Source of the DNA: a phage
DNA length: 45,838 nucleotides
Assembly: GCA_014143165.1 (NCBI GenBank)
Contig: GCA_014143165.1_4843.1
Strand: one strand, 5' to 3'
Positions 23,175-33,914 of this stretch are shown here, piece after piece; position 1 is the first letter of the stretch, and each line of letters opens with the position of its first letter. The notes below the pieces were generated by a model. That model was not told the DNA's origin and searched no databases. It saw nothing but the letters and a program-made list of their open reading frames with translations. Position numbers and translations under genes: made by a program.

Positions 23175-23643
23175 TGTGTTCGAATACCGTGATGGGTTGC
23201 TATATTGGAAGATAAAAACAAACAGAAACATGAAAATAGGGAGGATGGCAGGAAGCATGGCAGGTAATGGGTACATGCAGGTTCATTGCTTTGGAAAAGT
23301 GCGACTGATGCATAGAATAATTTGGGAAATGCACAATGGTGAGATACCGGAGGGGATGGAGATTGATCATATAAACCACATTCGTGATGATAATAGGATT
23401 GAGAATCTCAGATTGGTAAGCAGAAAGCAGAACGCCAAGAATCTTTCTATGCGATCTGATAACACGAGTAATGTTGTCGGAGTTAGTTGGGATAATAAGA
23501 GTAAGAAATGGTATGCAAAGATTGCCGTGAACGGAAAGCAGATTGCGCTTGGCAGATTCTCAAACTTGTCAATGGCTGCAGAGTGCAGAAAAGCAGCTGA
23601 GGAAAAATATTGTTTCCATAAAAATCACGGAGCATTAAAGTAA
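23155..23643 (+). CDS. HNH homing endonuclease with AP2 DNA-binding domain
   Basis: HNH motif EIDHINHIRDDNRIENLRLVSRKQN; AP2-like GVSWDNKSKKWYAKIAVNGKQIALGRFSNLSMAA. Confidence 0.75.
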   Translation: MMMDWNDVFEYRDGLLYWKIKTNRNMKIGRMAGSMAGNGYMQVHCFGKVRLMHRIIWEMHNGEIPEGMEIDHINHIRDDNRIENLRLVSRKQNAKNLSMRSDNTSNVVGVSWDNKSKKWYAKIAVNGKQIALGRFSNLSMAAECRKAAEEKYCFHKNHGALK

Positions 23644-23913
23644 ATGAAAGATACAGATCAACTCATCACCGAACGCGGCAATCGATACGGTAAATTCAAA
23701 GATGGCGCTGAAATTATGCAGGAACTGAAAGATGTGATGCGAGAAGTGGATGGATGGCATAATCTCACACCAAGCCAACGCGAGGCACTCGACATGATTC
23801 AGCACAAGATTGGGCGCATCCTGAATGGCGACCCGACATATGATGATAGCTGGAAGGATATTGCTGGCTATGCAACGTTAATTGTTAATGAACTGAATGG
23901 AGAGATTAAATAA
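23644..23913 (+). CDS. hypothetical protein
   Basis: 89-aa ORF, ATG overlaps the upstream stop. Confidence 0.4.
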   Translation: MKDTDQLITERGNRYGKFKDGAEIMQELKDVMREVDGWHNLTPSQREALDMIQHKIGRILNGDPTYDDSWKDIAGYATLIVNELNGEIK

Positions 23914-24221
23914 TGGCATTCTGCGACATCACCATCGCGCAACGAAACGCGAACTATACCAACATTGCTGACACATCAGCACAACTGGTATCACTGAACA
24001 GTGACGGCGGCGCAGTGCTGAAAATCGGCACTGAAACAGCGCAATTCATCGTGCAGAACCTGTCGCAGGCAAACGCGAAGCAGATGCTGATTAGCACTGG
24101 CAGCGTGCTGTTTTTGGCTGGTAATTACAATGCACCTAATCTTGAGTGTTCGCTGGTGCGCATCATTGAAACTGCGACTGAGGAATCTATTGATGAGCCA
24201 GCAACATTGCCAGCAGAGTGA
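23913..24221 (+). CDS. hypothetical protein
   Basis: 102-aa ORF. Confidence 0.35.
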   Translation: MAFCDITIAQRNANYTNIADTSAQLVSLNSDGGAVLKIGTETAQFIVQNLSQANAKQMLISTGSVLFLAGNYNAPNLECSLVRIIETATEESIDEPATLPAE

Positions 24222-24351
24222 ACCACCAAAACCATCGGCATGGTGCGAGGAAATGGAACGCAATGCGAAAGATGGCGATGAGGCGTATGTTTATTTCCAG
24301 CTAAAGTAGATGTGGAAACAGAGAGAAAACTCAGAGCAAGCCAATTAAACA

Positions 24352-24378
24352 CAAGCCCCGTCATGGGGCTTTTTTTCA
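24352..24378 (+). terminator. rho-independent terminator
   Basis: CCCC-GTCAT-GGGG hairpin followed by TTTTTTT. Confidence 0.55.
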
Positions 24379-24717
24379 TCCCTTAAACCTTATCCAGCCG
24401 AACATCCTGACACCAAGCCACATAACGCCAGCTCTCAGTGATGAAACACCACTATCCTTTAATGCCTGCCTGAAGCAATCATCAGCAAAATGCCTGTCTG
24501 AATGGGTGGCGTACAGATAGTCATGAACGGCTGAGGCTTTCTGACCAACGTCACCAATAGAAGCGAACAGGTAAGGAAGCCTCGGGCCACTGGCAAAATC
24601 AGTGCGAAATCCTGCTGGAACTTTTATTTCCTGATTCCTGAACTCATAGATTAATGGCTCCATTAGCGTCCACGTTGAGTTTTTGTTCAGCTTGACGATA
24701 AGGTCGGATTTGAACAT
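24376..24717 (-). CDS. DUF1353-like phage protein
   Basis: ...KVPAGFRTDFASGPR...AVHDYLY matches the DUF1353 signature. Confidence 0.55.
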   Translation of the reverse strand: MFKSDLIVKLNKNSTWTLMEPLIYEFRNQEIKVPAGFRTDFASGPRLPYLFASIGDVGQKASAVHDYLYATHSDRHFADDCFRQALKDSGVSSLRAGVMWLGVRMFGWIRFKG

Positions 24718-25206
24718 TTATTTTTGTCTCCTTGTCAGTGATTCATATTGCTTCTGGCACGCTAATCCCGCTTCTCTTGCCCTGTCAGCGTAATCTGCCA
24801 GTTGTCGATTTCTTTCGACAGATTTGCTGAGCACGTCTCCAAGCAAAACTCCGGTTTCTGCGGCTGGATTGCCAATGGACTCAGTGGTGGAATATCCGAC
24901 GAGCTGCTTGCGGATGTTTGCAAGTTGTTGCTGCAACCTGCCAGACTTAGCGGCAGCATTAACAGCATCATTGCGCGCAGCATCAATCCTTTGCTGTGCA
25001 TCAGCCTGAATCTTTTGCAGTTCTGCATTGCGTCGTTGCTCCTCTTGTTCGTCTGCGGCCTTCTGGTCTTCGATAGCTTGAGCTTTGCCTTCTGCGTATC
25101 GCTGGTCGCCGTACTCTATAACCCCTCCACGAATCCACAACGCGCTAGCGGCAACAATTATAATAATTGCCAGCGGTCGCCAGTATTTAGCGAGAATCGA
25201 CATCAT
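24718..25206 (-). CDS. i-spanin (Rz-like)
   Basis: N-terminal TM helix (LAIIIIVAASALWI) then long coiled-coil; contains an embedded lipoprotein ORF in another frame. Confidence 0.6.
   Translation of the reverse strand: MMSILAKYWRPLAIIIIVAASALWIRGGVIEYGDQRYAEGKAQAIEDQKAADEQEEQRRNAELQKIQADAQQRIDAARNDAVNAAAKSGRLQQQLANIRKQLVGYSTTESIGNPAAETGVLLGDVLSKSVERNRQLADYADRAREAGLACQKQYESLTRRQK
24762..24983 (-). CDS. o-spanin (Rz1-like), embedded in the i-spanin gene
   Basis: Signal peptide with lipobox MLRAMMLLMLPLSLAGC; Pro/Ser-rich mature part; wholly inside 24718..25206 in a different frame. Confidence 0.55.
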   Translation of the reverse strand: MLRAMMLLMLPLSLAGCSNNLQTSASSSSDIPPLSPLAIQPQKPEFCLETCSANLSKEIDNWQITLTGQEKRD

Positions 25207-25426
25207 CGCGCAGCCTCCGGTTTTCCTTCCTCATGCCGTGCATTTTGCTGAGGATGCCAACAAGCATGATTGAGTAGCTCACACCTTTAACCACGATTGG
25301 CGGTAGCGCCGCTTTCAGGTCATCCGGCATCATTACCCACACATGCATCATTGCATCAGGCCATAGCTGTAACAATGAGCAGAATGAAATCCACGCGCCG
25401 AGCAGCCAGTTGCTTAGCTTTTTCAT
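25187..25426 (-). CDS. putative holin
   Basis: 79 aa with two hydrophobic segments and a charged C-terminus; between endolysin and spanins. Confidence 0.45.
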   Translation of the reverse strand: MKKLSNWLLGAWISFCSLLQLWPDAMMHVWVMMPDDLKAALPPIVVKGVSYSIMLVGILSKMHGMRKENRRLRDDVDSR

Positions 25427-25863
25427 TGCCCCATATACATAGCGCGCTCTGCGTTACGCCTCCGCGTCAGGCCATTCATAACCTTGCCAGCAGCACGATT
25501 CCACACGAGGAACTGACTCGCTGCGCAGGTGTAGCACTTCTCATTATGTTTGCGCAGCAGAGTTGATTTGCGGAAATTTCCCAGACCGATGTTGTAGGCC
25601 AGAGACACCATTGCATCGAATTGCGACTGAGTGGTTGGCGCAGCTAACAGTGCTGACACGCCATCCTCAAACTTCTTCACGTCACTATCCAGCCATGCGT
25701 TAGCCATTTCCTGCGTCACTGTCATTCCAGGCTTCACGTCTGCGCCAGTGTGGCCATATCCAGCAGTCCACGGAGCGCCACCCGTAGCCGGGTCAGGATA
25801 AGCACTAAGCTCCAGCCCTTCAAATGACTTGATGAGTTCTTTGCCGCGTTGCGATAGTTTCAT
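25423..25863 (-). CDS. endolysin (T4-lysozyme-like, GH24)
   Basis: N-terminal ...LIKSFEGLELSAYPD...WTAGYGHTG... matches the lysozyme E..D..T catalytic region. Confidence 0.75.
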   Translation of the reverse strand: MKLSQRGKELIKSFEGLELSAYPDPATGGAPWTAGYGHTGADVKPGMTVTQEMANAWLDSDVKKFEDGVSALLAAPTTQSQFDAMVSLAYNIGLGNFRKSTLLRKHNEKCYTCAASQFLVWNRAAGKVMNGLTRRRNAERAMYMGQ

Positions 25864-25906
25864 TCTGCCTCCTGTTCAAATAATGATTAATTCTATCACA
25901 ATGATA

Positions 25907-25937
25907 TTGACGTAGATTGAGTGGTGGTGCATAGTAT
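25907..25937 (+). promoter_or_regulatory. sigma70-type promoter with TTGACGTAGATTG element
   Basis: TTGACG 25907-25912 followed by TAGATTG; TAGTAT about 19 bp downstream; precedes the plus-strand unit 25968-27369. Confidence 0.45.
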
Positions 25938-25967
25938 CTACATCAAATGACGAATGAGGAATAAAAG

Positions 25968-26351
25968 ATGGGAATGTACACAGAATTGGTTCTGAAGTGT
26001 CAAATCAAGGGCGACGCACCGAAAGAGGTGATGGATGTAATCCAGTACATGTTTGCTGGTGCAGATGAGCCAGCAAAGCTTCCTGAGCATGAATTTTTCA
26101 CACTACCGCGCTGGGATTCCATTGGTAACTGCTGTAGCTTTTACCATCACCCATCAGTAGTCAATAGTTGCCCAAAATTTGACTACAGCGAAGAGCAATA
26201 CATCTTCAGTCGTAGCGATATCAAAAACTATAGCGGTGAGATTCAGGCATTTCTGGATTGGGTAAAGCCTTACATTGACGCAATGGAAGGCCAGTGCATT
26301 GGTTGGACTTGGTATGAAGAAGAATTGCAGCCTACATTAATTATCTTTTAA
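25968..26351 (+). CDS. hypothetical protein
   Basis: 127-aa ORF. Confidence 0.4.
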   Translation: MGMYTELVLKCQIKGDAPKEVMDVIQYMFAGADEPAKLPEHEFFTLPRWDSIGNCCSFYHHPSVVNSCPKFDYSEEQYIFSRSDIKNYSGEIQAFLDWVKPYIDAMEGQCIGWTWYEEELQPTLIIF

Positions 26352-26510
26352 GGTTAAATCATGGTAATGGTCAAATTCAAAGAAAACGGACGCTGCGGAG
26401 TGTTCAATCTTGAGCAAATCAAAATCCGTCCGTGCGGTAAGGTGGTTGCGCCATTTGGTATGGTGCAGATGCGCGAAGTTGAGATTGTTGAATATATTAA
26501 GTGAGGTTGC

Positions 26511-26762
26511 ATGAAAGAGTTTAAGGGAATCCCGGGGTCGTGGCATTACGATGATGAACTTGGTTGGGTCTATATTAAAGGCAGCCAATTCGTGTGCGAT
26601 GTTACCGATAAGGATAATGCCAACCTCATCGCCGCAGCGCCTGAGCTTCTGGAGGCTTTGCAGAAAATGCTCAGCAAAGCGTATAAGCAAAACTGGAATG
26701 ATGCATACCCAGAAGAGCTTAAATCAGCACAGAGTGCAATCAACAAAGCACTGGGAGAATGA
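26511..26762 (+). CDS. hypothetical protein
   Basis: 83-aa ORF. Confidence 0.4.
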   Translation: MKEFKGIPGSWHYDDELGWVYIKGSQFVCDVTDKDNANLIAAAPELLEALQKMLSKAYKQNWNDAYPEELKSAQSAINKALGE

Positions 26763-26764
26763 AA

Positions 26765-27369
26765 TGAAACTTATCGACCTGTTAGTTCAAGAATTACCTA
26801 AGCGTGGCGGGTGGCCTCATAATGCTCTGTCAATTACTCAAGATGATGACGGTTCGCTGTGTGTATGGGACACGAATGATCCCCACTATGATGGATTTTC
26901 ATGGAAACATCACACTGGGAATAGCCTTGTGCATTACTGGCATGGAATTGAGGACGTACCTTTATCTTGCGACCACAGGGAGTCGATAGTGACCTATTGG
27001 CAATATAAAGCAGCACTCGCCGCATCGCAAAAGCCAACATGGAACGGCGAAGGTCTTCCTCCTGCTGGGTGTGAGTGTGAGTTTATAAGCAACGACACAT
27101 CATGGGGAGTTGTCAGAGTTATTGGAATGGATGATGACAAGGTTGTAATTAAGCCGTCTGGAGAAATTTATTACGGAATAACTCCATCTAATAGACAGGT
27201 ATTCCGCCCACTCCGCACAGAAGCGGAAATGAAGCATGAGGCAGTGCTTGAATCTATCTGCGCGGTATTAGAGATGGTAGCGCAGGATTACAAGCGCAGT
27301 GATGAGGCCAAACTCATTTATGAAGCTATCGCAGCAGGAAAGATTCCCGGCGTTAAACTGGATGATTAA
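26765..27369 (+). CDS. hypothetical protein
   Basis: ATG at 26765 (MKLIDLLVQELPKRGGWPHNA...); the track ORF from 26551 probably over-extends it. Confidence 0.4.
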
Positions 27370-27447
27370 AACAATATTCAGCGTCGTAGAGATATTGTGC
27401 TATGCGATAATAATATTTGTTCTGTGCATGCTGATAAGATAAATCAA

Positions 27448-27472
27448 ATCCCTCACTTAGAGGGCTTTTTGT
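27448..27472 (+). terminator. rho-independent terminator
   Basis: CCCTC-ACTTA-GAGGG hairpin followed by CTTTTTG. Confidence 0.5.
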
Positions 27473-28403
27473 TTGCCAGTTGCCATGCTTCGCGCTGTTT
27501 ATCAAGTCTTCCCTGTGACGACTCAAGAATAACTGGCTTGCCATCCATTAACAATGCAGGTGCTTGCGCGCAGTGACAATTATATCTGTTGCCATTCTCG
27601 CTGTAGAACGTGTCAATTTCTTCTGGCGTGTAAAACCGTCCATGCCGTGCCGCATGAGTCTGGCGGGTTGTGCGCATTAATGCAGATTGCCACAGCATTA
27701 CCGTCTCAATACCCAACTCCTCGCGCGCCTCAATGACTTCTTTCCTGTTAGCCTGCCGCAGTGTTCCGGTGATTTCAGTCTGCGCTATCTGTTTCGCGTA
27801 GCTGTGAGACACATCGACACGCTTAACGATATCATCTTCAACATCGCGAGGGTTAGCGCCGCGAGCAATGCCTTCCATAATGACAGATGCCAGTTGCTGG
27901 CGGGAGTAATCACTCAATCCGCGCCAGTCTGAATATCCTGCTGTGTACGCCAATTGGAGTCGACTCAGGTAAGCTTCACTGTAGAGTATCGCGGCAATCG
28001 GCCTCTGTTCTGCATAAACAGGAGACAGACTTGACAGTTCAGAGTTAGCCTTCTGCGTGCCAGCCTGATACGCATCACCAATGAACACGTTAGCCCACAG
28101 TCTGCCGTGACTGAAATCATCACCTTCAAGCAGAATCTCGTCAATCAGCGCCTGCAACTCATCCATGAACGTGGCAGCTCGCGCGCTGCTGAAATCATAG
28201 AAATATAGGCCGCTTGATTCTGCGTTAGCCTGACTACTCGGAATAGTGCGAAACAACTCAAGCGCACGAGTCCTGAGTTGTTTGTATTTACGCGTTATAA
28301 CCTTGTCCATTTTAGACAAGCGAGTCGCAGCGCCCAACGGGTCGGTCAGGCTCTGTGATATGCGCGGTTGGGGAAGTCTTGTGTTAAACCTGAGTATCTT
28401 CAT
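27453..28403 (-). CDS. head morphogenesis protein (Mu F / SPP1 gp7-like)
   Basis: Position immediately downstream of the portal gene; about 317 aa. Start chosen at ATG 28403; the track ORF extends to 28484. Confidence 0.5.
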   Translation of the reverse strand: MKILRFNTRLPQPRISQSLTDPLGAATRLSKMDKVITRKYKQLRTRALELFRTIPSSQANAESSGLYFYDFSSARAATFMDELQALIDEILLEGDDFSHGRLWANVFIGDAYQAGTQKANSELSSLSPVYAEQRPIAAILYSEAYLSRLQLAYTAGYSDWRGLSDYSRQQLASVIMEGIARGANPRDVEDDIVKRVDVSHSYAKQIAQTEITGTLRQANRKEVIEAREELGIETVMLWQSALMRTTRQTHAARHGRFYTPEEIDTFYSENGNRYNCHCAQAPALLMDGKPVILESSQGRLDKQREAWQLANKKPSK

Positions 28404-29796
28404 TTTCGTCTTCCGGTGGTGTGTCTTCGCGGTAGGCTTCGTCGAGTTCAATCGGGTCCATACCAACCATGCCGCGAGCCTCATCGACGGTCAGCAATGC
28501 AGATTGACCAGCATCAAAGAACGACTTGTTCGCAGTGGCGAGTTTAGCCAGCAATTCAGCTTTATCCAGTTCCGATGGTGCCAGCAGGTCATCCCATTTA
28601 ACCTTGTAGCCATTTGCCGTGGCTTTATCGACAATGCCGAACTGAATCATGCGCTCAACGAACATTGAAATAACATAGTCAACCCACGTTTCACGGCGCT
28701 GTTTGGCGGTCATCGCCTCCTGCATCTTGTCTTCATCACTCGCAAGGCGTCCGGTTTGCTGACCAAAAATGACGGTGAACGGAAGCGCCATTGATGCAGC
28801 GAACTGGTTGGCTGCCACCTCCCATGTGGGTTTCGGGTCAGCTGGAGTCACAGCGAGAACTTTTGCATCCGCACCCATTGTGAACATAGCGGCGTCGATG
28901 CCTGAGTTTAACGCCTCAATGTTCTCATTCATGATGTCGGTAAGTTCTTCAATATCGACACCCATCGACTGCGCAAGACTTGCTGGCGTTACGTTATCTT
29001 TCGTGTAGTTAACTGCCAGTTGACGGCTGGCATTCTTCAGGAAGCCTTCTGCTGAGCTACCGGAAACCTTCGCCATGTCGATAAGGCTGTTGTAGCCAGC
29101 ACGCAACATCGGGATGCCACTGAACATGCTGCCGTCAAAACTACCCTCAGCCAGAATAATGATGCGGTCAGGGTGAATCTGTACAGAACGCTCAGGTTTG
29201 CCGTCGCTATCAAAGTCCTCCACGGCGCTTTCCTGGTATTCGTACATCTCAGGCATGCCGTAGTCTTCGCTGGTTTCATCGTTATTCCATGCGCTGGCGC
29301 GGAGCTGCTCTTCCCACACTGGAATGAAGCGAACGATGGATTTATCTTTAATGCGGCGGGTTTTGGTGATATCTACCGGTTCGTTCCACTGGCGACCATC
29401 ACGGATTTGCAGGATAACAGCGGAATAGCGGTTGATGGCGTTGCGCTTGTCAGCCTCTTTGATGAACGGATATGCGCGCTTCATTATGTCGTTGATGGAT
29501 AGCTCCCACGACGTTGAGTTCTTATCATCCTCGCCATCTTCAACTACTTCAGGGTATTTCTGCCAGCATTTATTAATAATGCGGTTAATGCCAGCAGCGG
29601 CGGCTGGATGTCGCTCATAGGCGTAGCGGAACATCTCGGCGGTGATTTCCTGCGGGTATCCCAGTTCCTTCCACATAAATTCACGTTTCTGGTCCAGATT
29701 CTTCCCGCCAGCGCAAAGCCGTTGCTGCTGAATCGCCCGGTTATTGTTCGCCACGCGGTCGCGTATATAAGCGTTTAGTGCATCAATTTTGGACAT
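28384..29796 (-). CDS. portal protein
   Basis: 470-aa ORF between terminase and head morphogenesis genes, acidic C-terminus. Confidence 0.65.
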   Translation of the reverse strand: MSKIDALNAYIRDRVANNNRAIQQQRLCAGGKNLDQKREFMWKELGYPQEITAEMFRYAYERHPAAAAGINRIINKCWQKYPEVVEDGEDDKNSTSWELSINDIMKRAYPFIKEADKRNAINRYSAVILQIRDGRQWNEPVDITKTRRIKDKSIVRFIPVWEEQLRASAWNNDETSEDYGMPEMYEYQESAVEDFDSDGKPERSVQIHPDRIIILAEGSFDGSMFSGIPMLRAGYNSLIDMAKVSGSSAEGFLKNASRQLAVNYTKDNVTPASLAQSMGVDIEELTDIMNENIEALNSGIDAAMFTMGADAKVLAVTPADPKPTWEVAANQFAASMALPFTVIFGQQTGRLASDEDKMQEAMTAKQRRETWVDYVISMFVERMIQFGIVDKATANGYKVKWDDLLAPSELDKAELLAKLATANKSFFDAGQSALLTVDEARGMVGMDPIELDEAYREDTPPEDENEDTQV

Positions 29797-29802
29797 ATGT
29801 CA

Positions 29803-29833
29803 CCAATAAAAAATCCCTCACGATGGAGGGATT
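29803..29833 (-). terminator. rho-independent terminator (minus strand)
   Basis: Minus-strand hairpin TCCCTC-CATCGT-GAGGGA followed by TTTTTTATT, just upstream of the portal start. Confidence 0.5.
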
Positions 29834-29858
29834 ATAGCATGACTGCTTGGCGCAAAAG

Positions 29859-30200
29859 TCATCCAAAGAACGACTTATTTGGTATTGTCGCCTCAGACTT
29901 AATTATGTATTTCCTGTAATCATCATCACCATTTTCTTTATGTGACAGATTTCCTTTCGGATTGGTTTCAAACATGCCAACAGGCAGATATTCACGAGAG
30001 AAGACGTTATGCCATTTACCATATTTTGTTAATTGACCATCTGAGTAGTGTGTTGGACCACACGCTGAACACAACTTCATCCCGCGACGCTCTGGAGCGT
30101 AAGACCAGTCAAAGAAACCCTCAAAGATACCAACGAAACCCTGAGACGACAGAGCTGTGTTCTCTACGCAGCCGCAATTATCACATTGGAATAAACTCAT
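29859..30200 (-). CDS. zinc-ribbon protein (unknown function)
   Basis: ATG 30200 with GAGGTGA RBS; product MSLFQCDNCGC...KLCSACG has two CxxC pairs. Confidence 0.4.
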   Translation of the reverse strand: MSLFQCDNCGCVENTALSSQGFVGIFEGFFDWSYAPERRGMKLCSACGPTHYSDGQLTKYGKWHNVFSREYLPVGMFETNPKGNLSHKENGDDDYRKYIIKSEATIPNKSFFG

Positions 30201-30229
30201 TATTTCACCTCTATTTAATATATAAATGG

Positions 30230-30481
30230 TCACTTGTTGCGATTTCGATTTCTGTATGCCGGATAGAATTTTGACAGAGGCCACACCCAGAATTTCCACA
30301 GCATCTCATCGTAGCTTGGTAGCGCCTCATGAAACACCCTCCCGGAGGAATAACCATCAGGGTCTTCTGTATAGAAGTAGTCTATAAATCTCCCACGGGC
30401 GATATAAACAAGCTGATGTCTTATCAGGATATAAACAAAGAACGCCGTAACGATAAGAGTAAGAATTATTCCTATCATCAC
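30230..30481 (-). CDS. small membrane protein
   Basis: N-terminal TM helix MMIGIILTLIVTAFFVYILI. Confidence 0.4.
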   Translation of the reverse strand: MMIGIILTLIVTAFFVYILIRHQLVYIARGRFIDYFYTEDPDGYSSGRVFHEALPSYDEMLWKFWVWPLSKFYPAYRNRNRNK

Positions 30482-30487
30482 TCCACC

Positions 30488-30649
30488 TTATTTAATGCAT
30501 TGATACAACAGAAACGGCACGACGCCAGTTACCACGGAGAAAAACGAACCAATCATGAAGTGTATCTTGCTTAGCTGTTGCACTCCAGCGGCTATAAACC
30601 ACCAGAATATAAAGTTCAATGGAATCCATAACGACCAGAATAGTGCCAT
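30488..30649 (-). CDS. small membrane protein (53 aa)
   Basis: MALFWSLWIPLNFIFWWFIAAG...; not in the supplied track; preferred over the overlapping track ORF 30492..30719. Confidence 0.3.
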   Translation of the reverse strand: MALFWSLWIPLNFIFWWFIAAGVQQLSKIHFMIGSFFSVVTGVVPFLLYQCIK

Positions 30650-31008
30650 CACTCCACCTTTTCGAATTTATCAATGACAACATCAATACCTTGCTCTCGT
30701 AGCTTAGCAACTGCATCATCAGAAAAGAATTTATCTAACGCCGTCACGGCGCTATCAGCAATTGCGAGTCTTCCTATCTTCTCAGCAATGCAGCCGTTAC
30801 TCAGCACCACTTCAGCATGAATAAAATAAACGCTCATCACTCAATCTCCTCACCATTAATCCAGCGCTGCAGGACTTCGATTAGCTGCGCAGCCTGTTGT
30901 TTATCAATCCTGACATAATCTCCAGTAAAATCCTGCACACAAATAGTGTCGTAATCCGTGAACACATTAATCTCCAGACAGTTAGCTGTTTCCTCAATTT
31001 TCATCACA

Positions 31009-31215
31009 TCACCCTCTCAAAAAATCATTCTTGCAGCAGATACCCTTATATCCGCGCTTCTCTTGCAGGTTAACGAAAACATCATCAATAACGCGCAGCA
31101 GGAAATCCTCGTCGATGTCATACCGACGGCAAATTACCTCGTCAGGCACACCAGCACGCGCTAGTGAATAAACCCGCTCTTTCTCCTCCTGTGTGAATCC
31201 TGCATAGCTGCGCAT
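31009..31215 (-). CDS. small putative DNA-binding protein
   Basis: ATG 31215 with GGAG RBS, just downstream of the minus-strand promoter; helix-turn-helix-like ...SLARAGVPDEVICRRYDIDEDFLLRVI. Confidence 0.3.
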   Translation of the reverse strand: MRSYAGFTQEEKERVYSLARAGVPDEVICRRYDIDEDFLLRVIDDVFVNLQEKRGYKGICCKNDFLRG

Positions 31216-31246
31216 AGTTATATCTCCGATAAACCTGATGTAGATT

Positions 31247-31275
31247 ATACTATGCGCTCGGTGTAGATTGGTCAA
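31247..31275 (-). promoter_or_regulatory. sigma70-type promoter (minus strand)
   Basis: Minus-strand TTGACC (31275..31270), 17-bp spacer containing AATCTACA, then TAGTATAAT. Confidence 0.45.
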
Positions 31276-31291
31276 GTGTGGTGATGCAGAT

Positions 31292-32716
31292 TTATCTCCT
31301 GCGCCGGATTAGCATCCCGCTACCGCGCTGGACGATGTGATCATTAAGTGCGTAACGAACCGCATCCCAGTAGTGGTTATATGCATCAACAATATCAGTC
31401 AGCACATTCCCTGTCAGCTTATCGACCTTGTAGCTGTACATTGCAGCTTCATTCTGCATCTCCTTGCATCGTTCGTGAATAACAATGCCGTCACAGCCGC
31501 GCAGCCACGTTACACCATCTTCAACGCTACCTGGCCATTTCGTGCATGGATGAATATCAAATCCAGAACGCTTTATGTGGCTGATTGTTTCAGGCCGAGC
31601 ACAGTCGGCATACCATCGTGCGCGCTTAGCCATCGGGAATGATTGTTGCATCGCGGCTGGCGTGTCAGTAATCTCAAGCCCAACCCTGCCATACTCGCGA
31701 TTAATATAAATGTTGCGCCGTCCACCTGGTAATTCTTCGATGTAAACCTCAACCATCGCGGTAGGGTCAGTGGAGAAACCGAAGTCCATACCGAAGTATG
31801 GTCCATGCCATTCAGGTTTAACCTCAAAGTTGTCGACGCGCCATTTGCCGCCGAAGACTTGTTCGTCGCTGCGCTTGTTGAAGGATCCCATCCAAATCCA
31901 GCGATAACGGTCGTAATCAGTTCGCTTCATTTGCTCCATAGCGGATGGCAACGGCGTATCCCAGAACCACGGGTTGTCTGAATAGTTACATTCGATAATC
32001 AGTATTTCATCATTTTCGAATATGCCATCAACCATCTGTGAGTGATAGGGGGCAATCCAGTTTTTCCACGTCGGGTCTGTGTCTTTGTTGGGGTTGAATG
32101 AGCACCACAACTCAGAGTTTGCAGCACGGATGGTAGGCACGAGAATATCCCAGCTTGTCTGGCTGACGTTCTCTGCTTCCTCTACCCAGCCAACGGTAAT
32201 GCCAGCAAAACCTTTAACCGTAGTCTGGTTGCGATACAACCCTTTGAAGCGGAATTTAGCTTTGGTCTTCTTGTGTGTTATCTCGTTGTTGATAACACGG
32301 AACTCAGCTGACTCACCCTTACGCGCTATTTCGTCGCACAATTCCTGATAGCTTGAGTCTTCAATGGATTGCTGAATCTCACGAAAGCAGGCGAAACGGT
32401 CAGGTCGAAACCTTGCACGCTCAGTAAGTATAGTGATAATCGTTCTCGTCTTACCTGACCCGCGGCCACCGTAGACAAACTTGAATCGTTTGGGATAAAG
32501 CAGGCGCTCCAGTTTTGCAGGAATCAGGTGGTCGGCATGATTAGTTACATTGGTCACATCATCAACGCCAGTGGCGGTCATCCTTAACCGCTTAATGACA
32601 TTCTTCTGCATGTCGCAGATGCCAAAGATAGCTGACTCTGCAACATCAGTCATTGCATCATCAATCTGCGCTTCCAGCTTTTCGATTGCTAGAGCGGAAA
32701 GGCGTTTACGAGCCAT
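31292..32716 (-). CDS. terL: terminase large subunit
   Basis: Walker A VYGGRGSGKT; 474 aa with C-terminal nuclease-like region; followed by the portal gene after an inserted small-gene block. Confidence 0.85.
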   Translation of the reverse strand: MARKRLSALAIEKLEAQIDDAMTDVAESAIFGICDMQKNVIKRLRMTATGVDDVTNVTNHADHLIPAKLERLLYPKRFKFVYGGRGSGKTRTIITILTERARFRPDRFACFREIQQSIEDSSYQELCDEIARKGESAEFRVINNEITHKKTKAKFRFKGLYRNQTTVKGFAGITVGWVEEAENVSQTSWDILVPTIRAANSELWCSFNPNKDTDPTWKNWIAPYHSQMVDGIFENDEILIIECNYSDNPWFWDTPLPSAMEQMKRTDYDRYRWIWMGSFNKRSDEQVFGGKWRVDNFEVKPEWHGPYFGMDFGFSTDPTAMVEVYIEELPGGRRNIYINREYGRVGLEITDTPAAMQQSFPMAKRARWYADCARPETISHIKRSGFDIHPCTKWPGSVEDGVTWLRGCDGIVIHERCKEMQNEAAMYSYKVDKLTGNVLTDIVDAYNHYWDAVRYALNDHIVQRGSGMLIRRRR

Positions 32717-32844
32717 TGATTAGCCCCTGCAAAACAGTCATCACCTCTTCATCGGTCATTGCTTTATCAAATGTAACGCCGCGACTACTGCTGTTGCGTG
32801 GCAATAGCACCTCATCACATTTTGATTTATAGTTATTTGCTTCA

Positions 32845-33264
32845 TCATCCATTCTGCTGCTCCAGTAATTTCTCCAGTCGCTCAAGTCGCGCGGCGAGTT
32901 CGGTGACTTCTGCAATATCCAGTCCTGTCCTGATAACTTCAGCAAATGTCTTGCCAATGTCCACAGGCATGACGCCAGATGCGATGCCTCGAATAACGGC
33001 ATCAATCTTCTGAACGGGGGTTCCATCATCAGGGAAGTCCACCTCAAACACCGGGGCAACAGGTTTAGGTAATGGGCTGAATCGAACGATAAGCTCCTTC
33101 ATCATCGCGGTGTCACGTTCAATCATTGCCATCTCAACGATGGTGTCATAGAGCTTTTCCTCACTAAACCCCTTTCTCTCAAGAGCTTCAACGAGCAACT
33201 TACGCTTGTCTTTTCCGCGTTTATTTTGCGGTTGATTTTCTTTACTGAATAGCTTTTTAGCCAT
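32845..33264 (-). CDS. terS: putative terminase small subunit
   Basis: 139-aa basic N-terminus and coiled-coil C-terminus, immediately upstream of terL. Confidence 0.45.
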   Translation of the reverse strand: MAKKLFSKENQPQNKRGKDKRKLLVEALERKGFSEEKLYDTIVEMAMIERDTAMMKELIVRFSPLPKPVAPVFEVDFPDDGTPVQKIDAVIRGIASGVMPVDIGKTFAEVIRTGLDIAEVTELAARLERLEKLLEQQNG

Positions 33265-33914
33265 AGATAAAACCTATCAATATTCCGCTATTTTTCCGTT
33301 ATTCGATATTGTAACAGATTCTACACCATGACGTTAATGGCAAAAAAGAACCCGCACAAGGCGGGTTAAAGGTTGGGTGATGATATGAGTGAAGCAATGG
33401 TTGTTATGCGTTTATTGTACACCATCATTATCACGCTTGCCAGCATAGCACCATGCATTTTCATTTCGCGTCTGCACATGAACGATTTCAAGCGCATCAG
33501 GGAATGTCTTTGCGACCTTCGCGATGAAATCGTCCAGTTCGTGTTGTTTGGCGAGATTCCAGACTTTCTGCTTAGTGGTTTGCATTAGCATAATCCCTCG
33601 TGGAGCACATGCACTTAATGTTATGCACGCCATTGTCAGGCACAACCTCAATGTAATTACCTATCTGCACCATCATGTAATGACATGTCTTCATACTGTC
33701 CCAGTAGCGCTCCCACATGTTTTGCATTGCGTCACTGATATCGTTAAACATAATGCACAACTCCTGCGATAGCGGCTACCAGAGCCAGAGCGTACACAGC
33801 AAGGAAGATTTTATCGCCAGCGGTGTAGCGGCGTCGTTGGTGTCTGGTCATATGTATTCCTCCACTAAAGCGTGCGCCACAAAGAGCGCACTGATAATTA
33901 ATATGAACGGGTAG

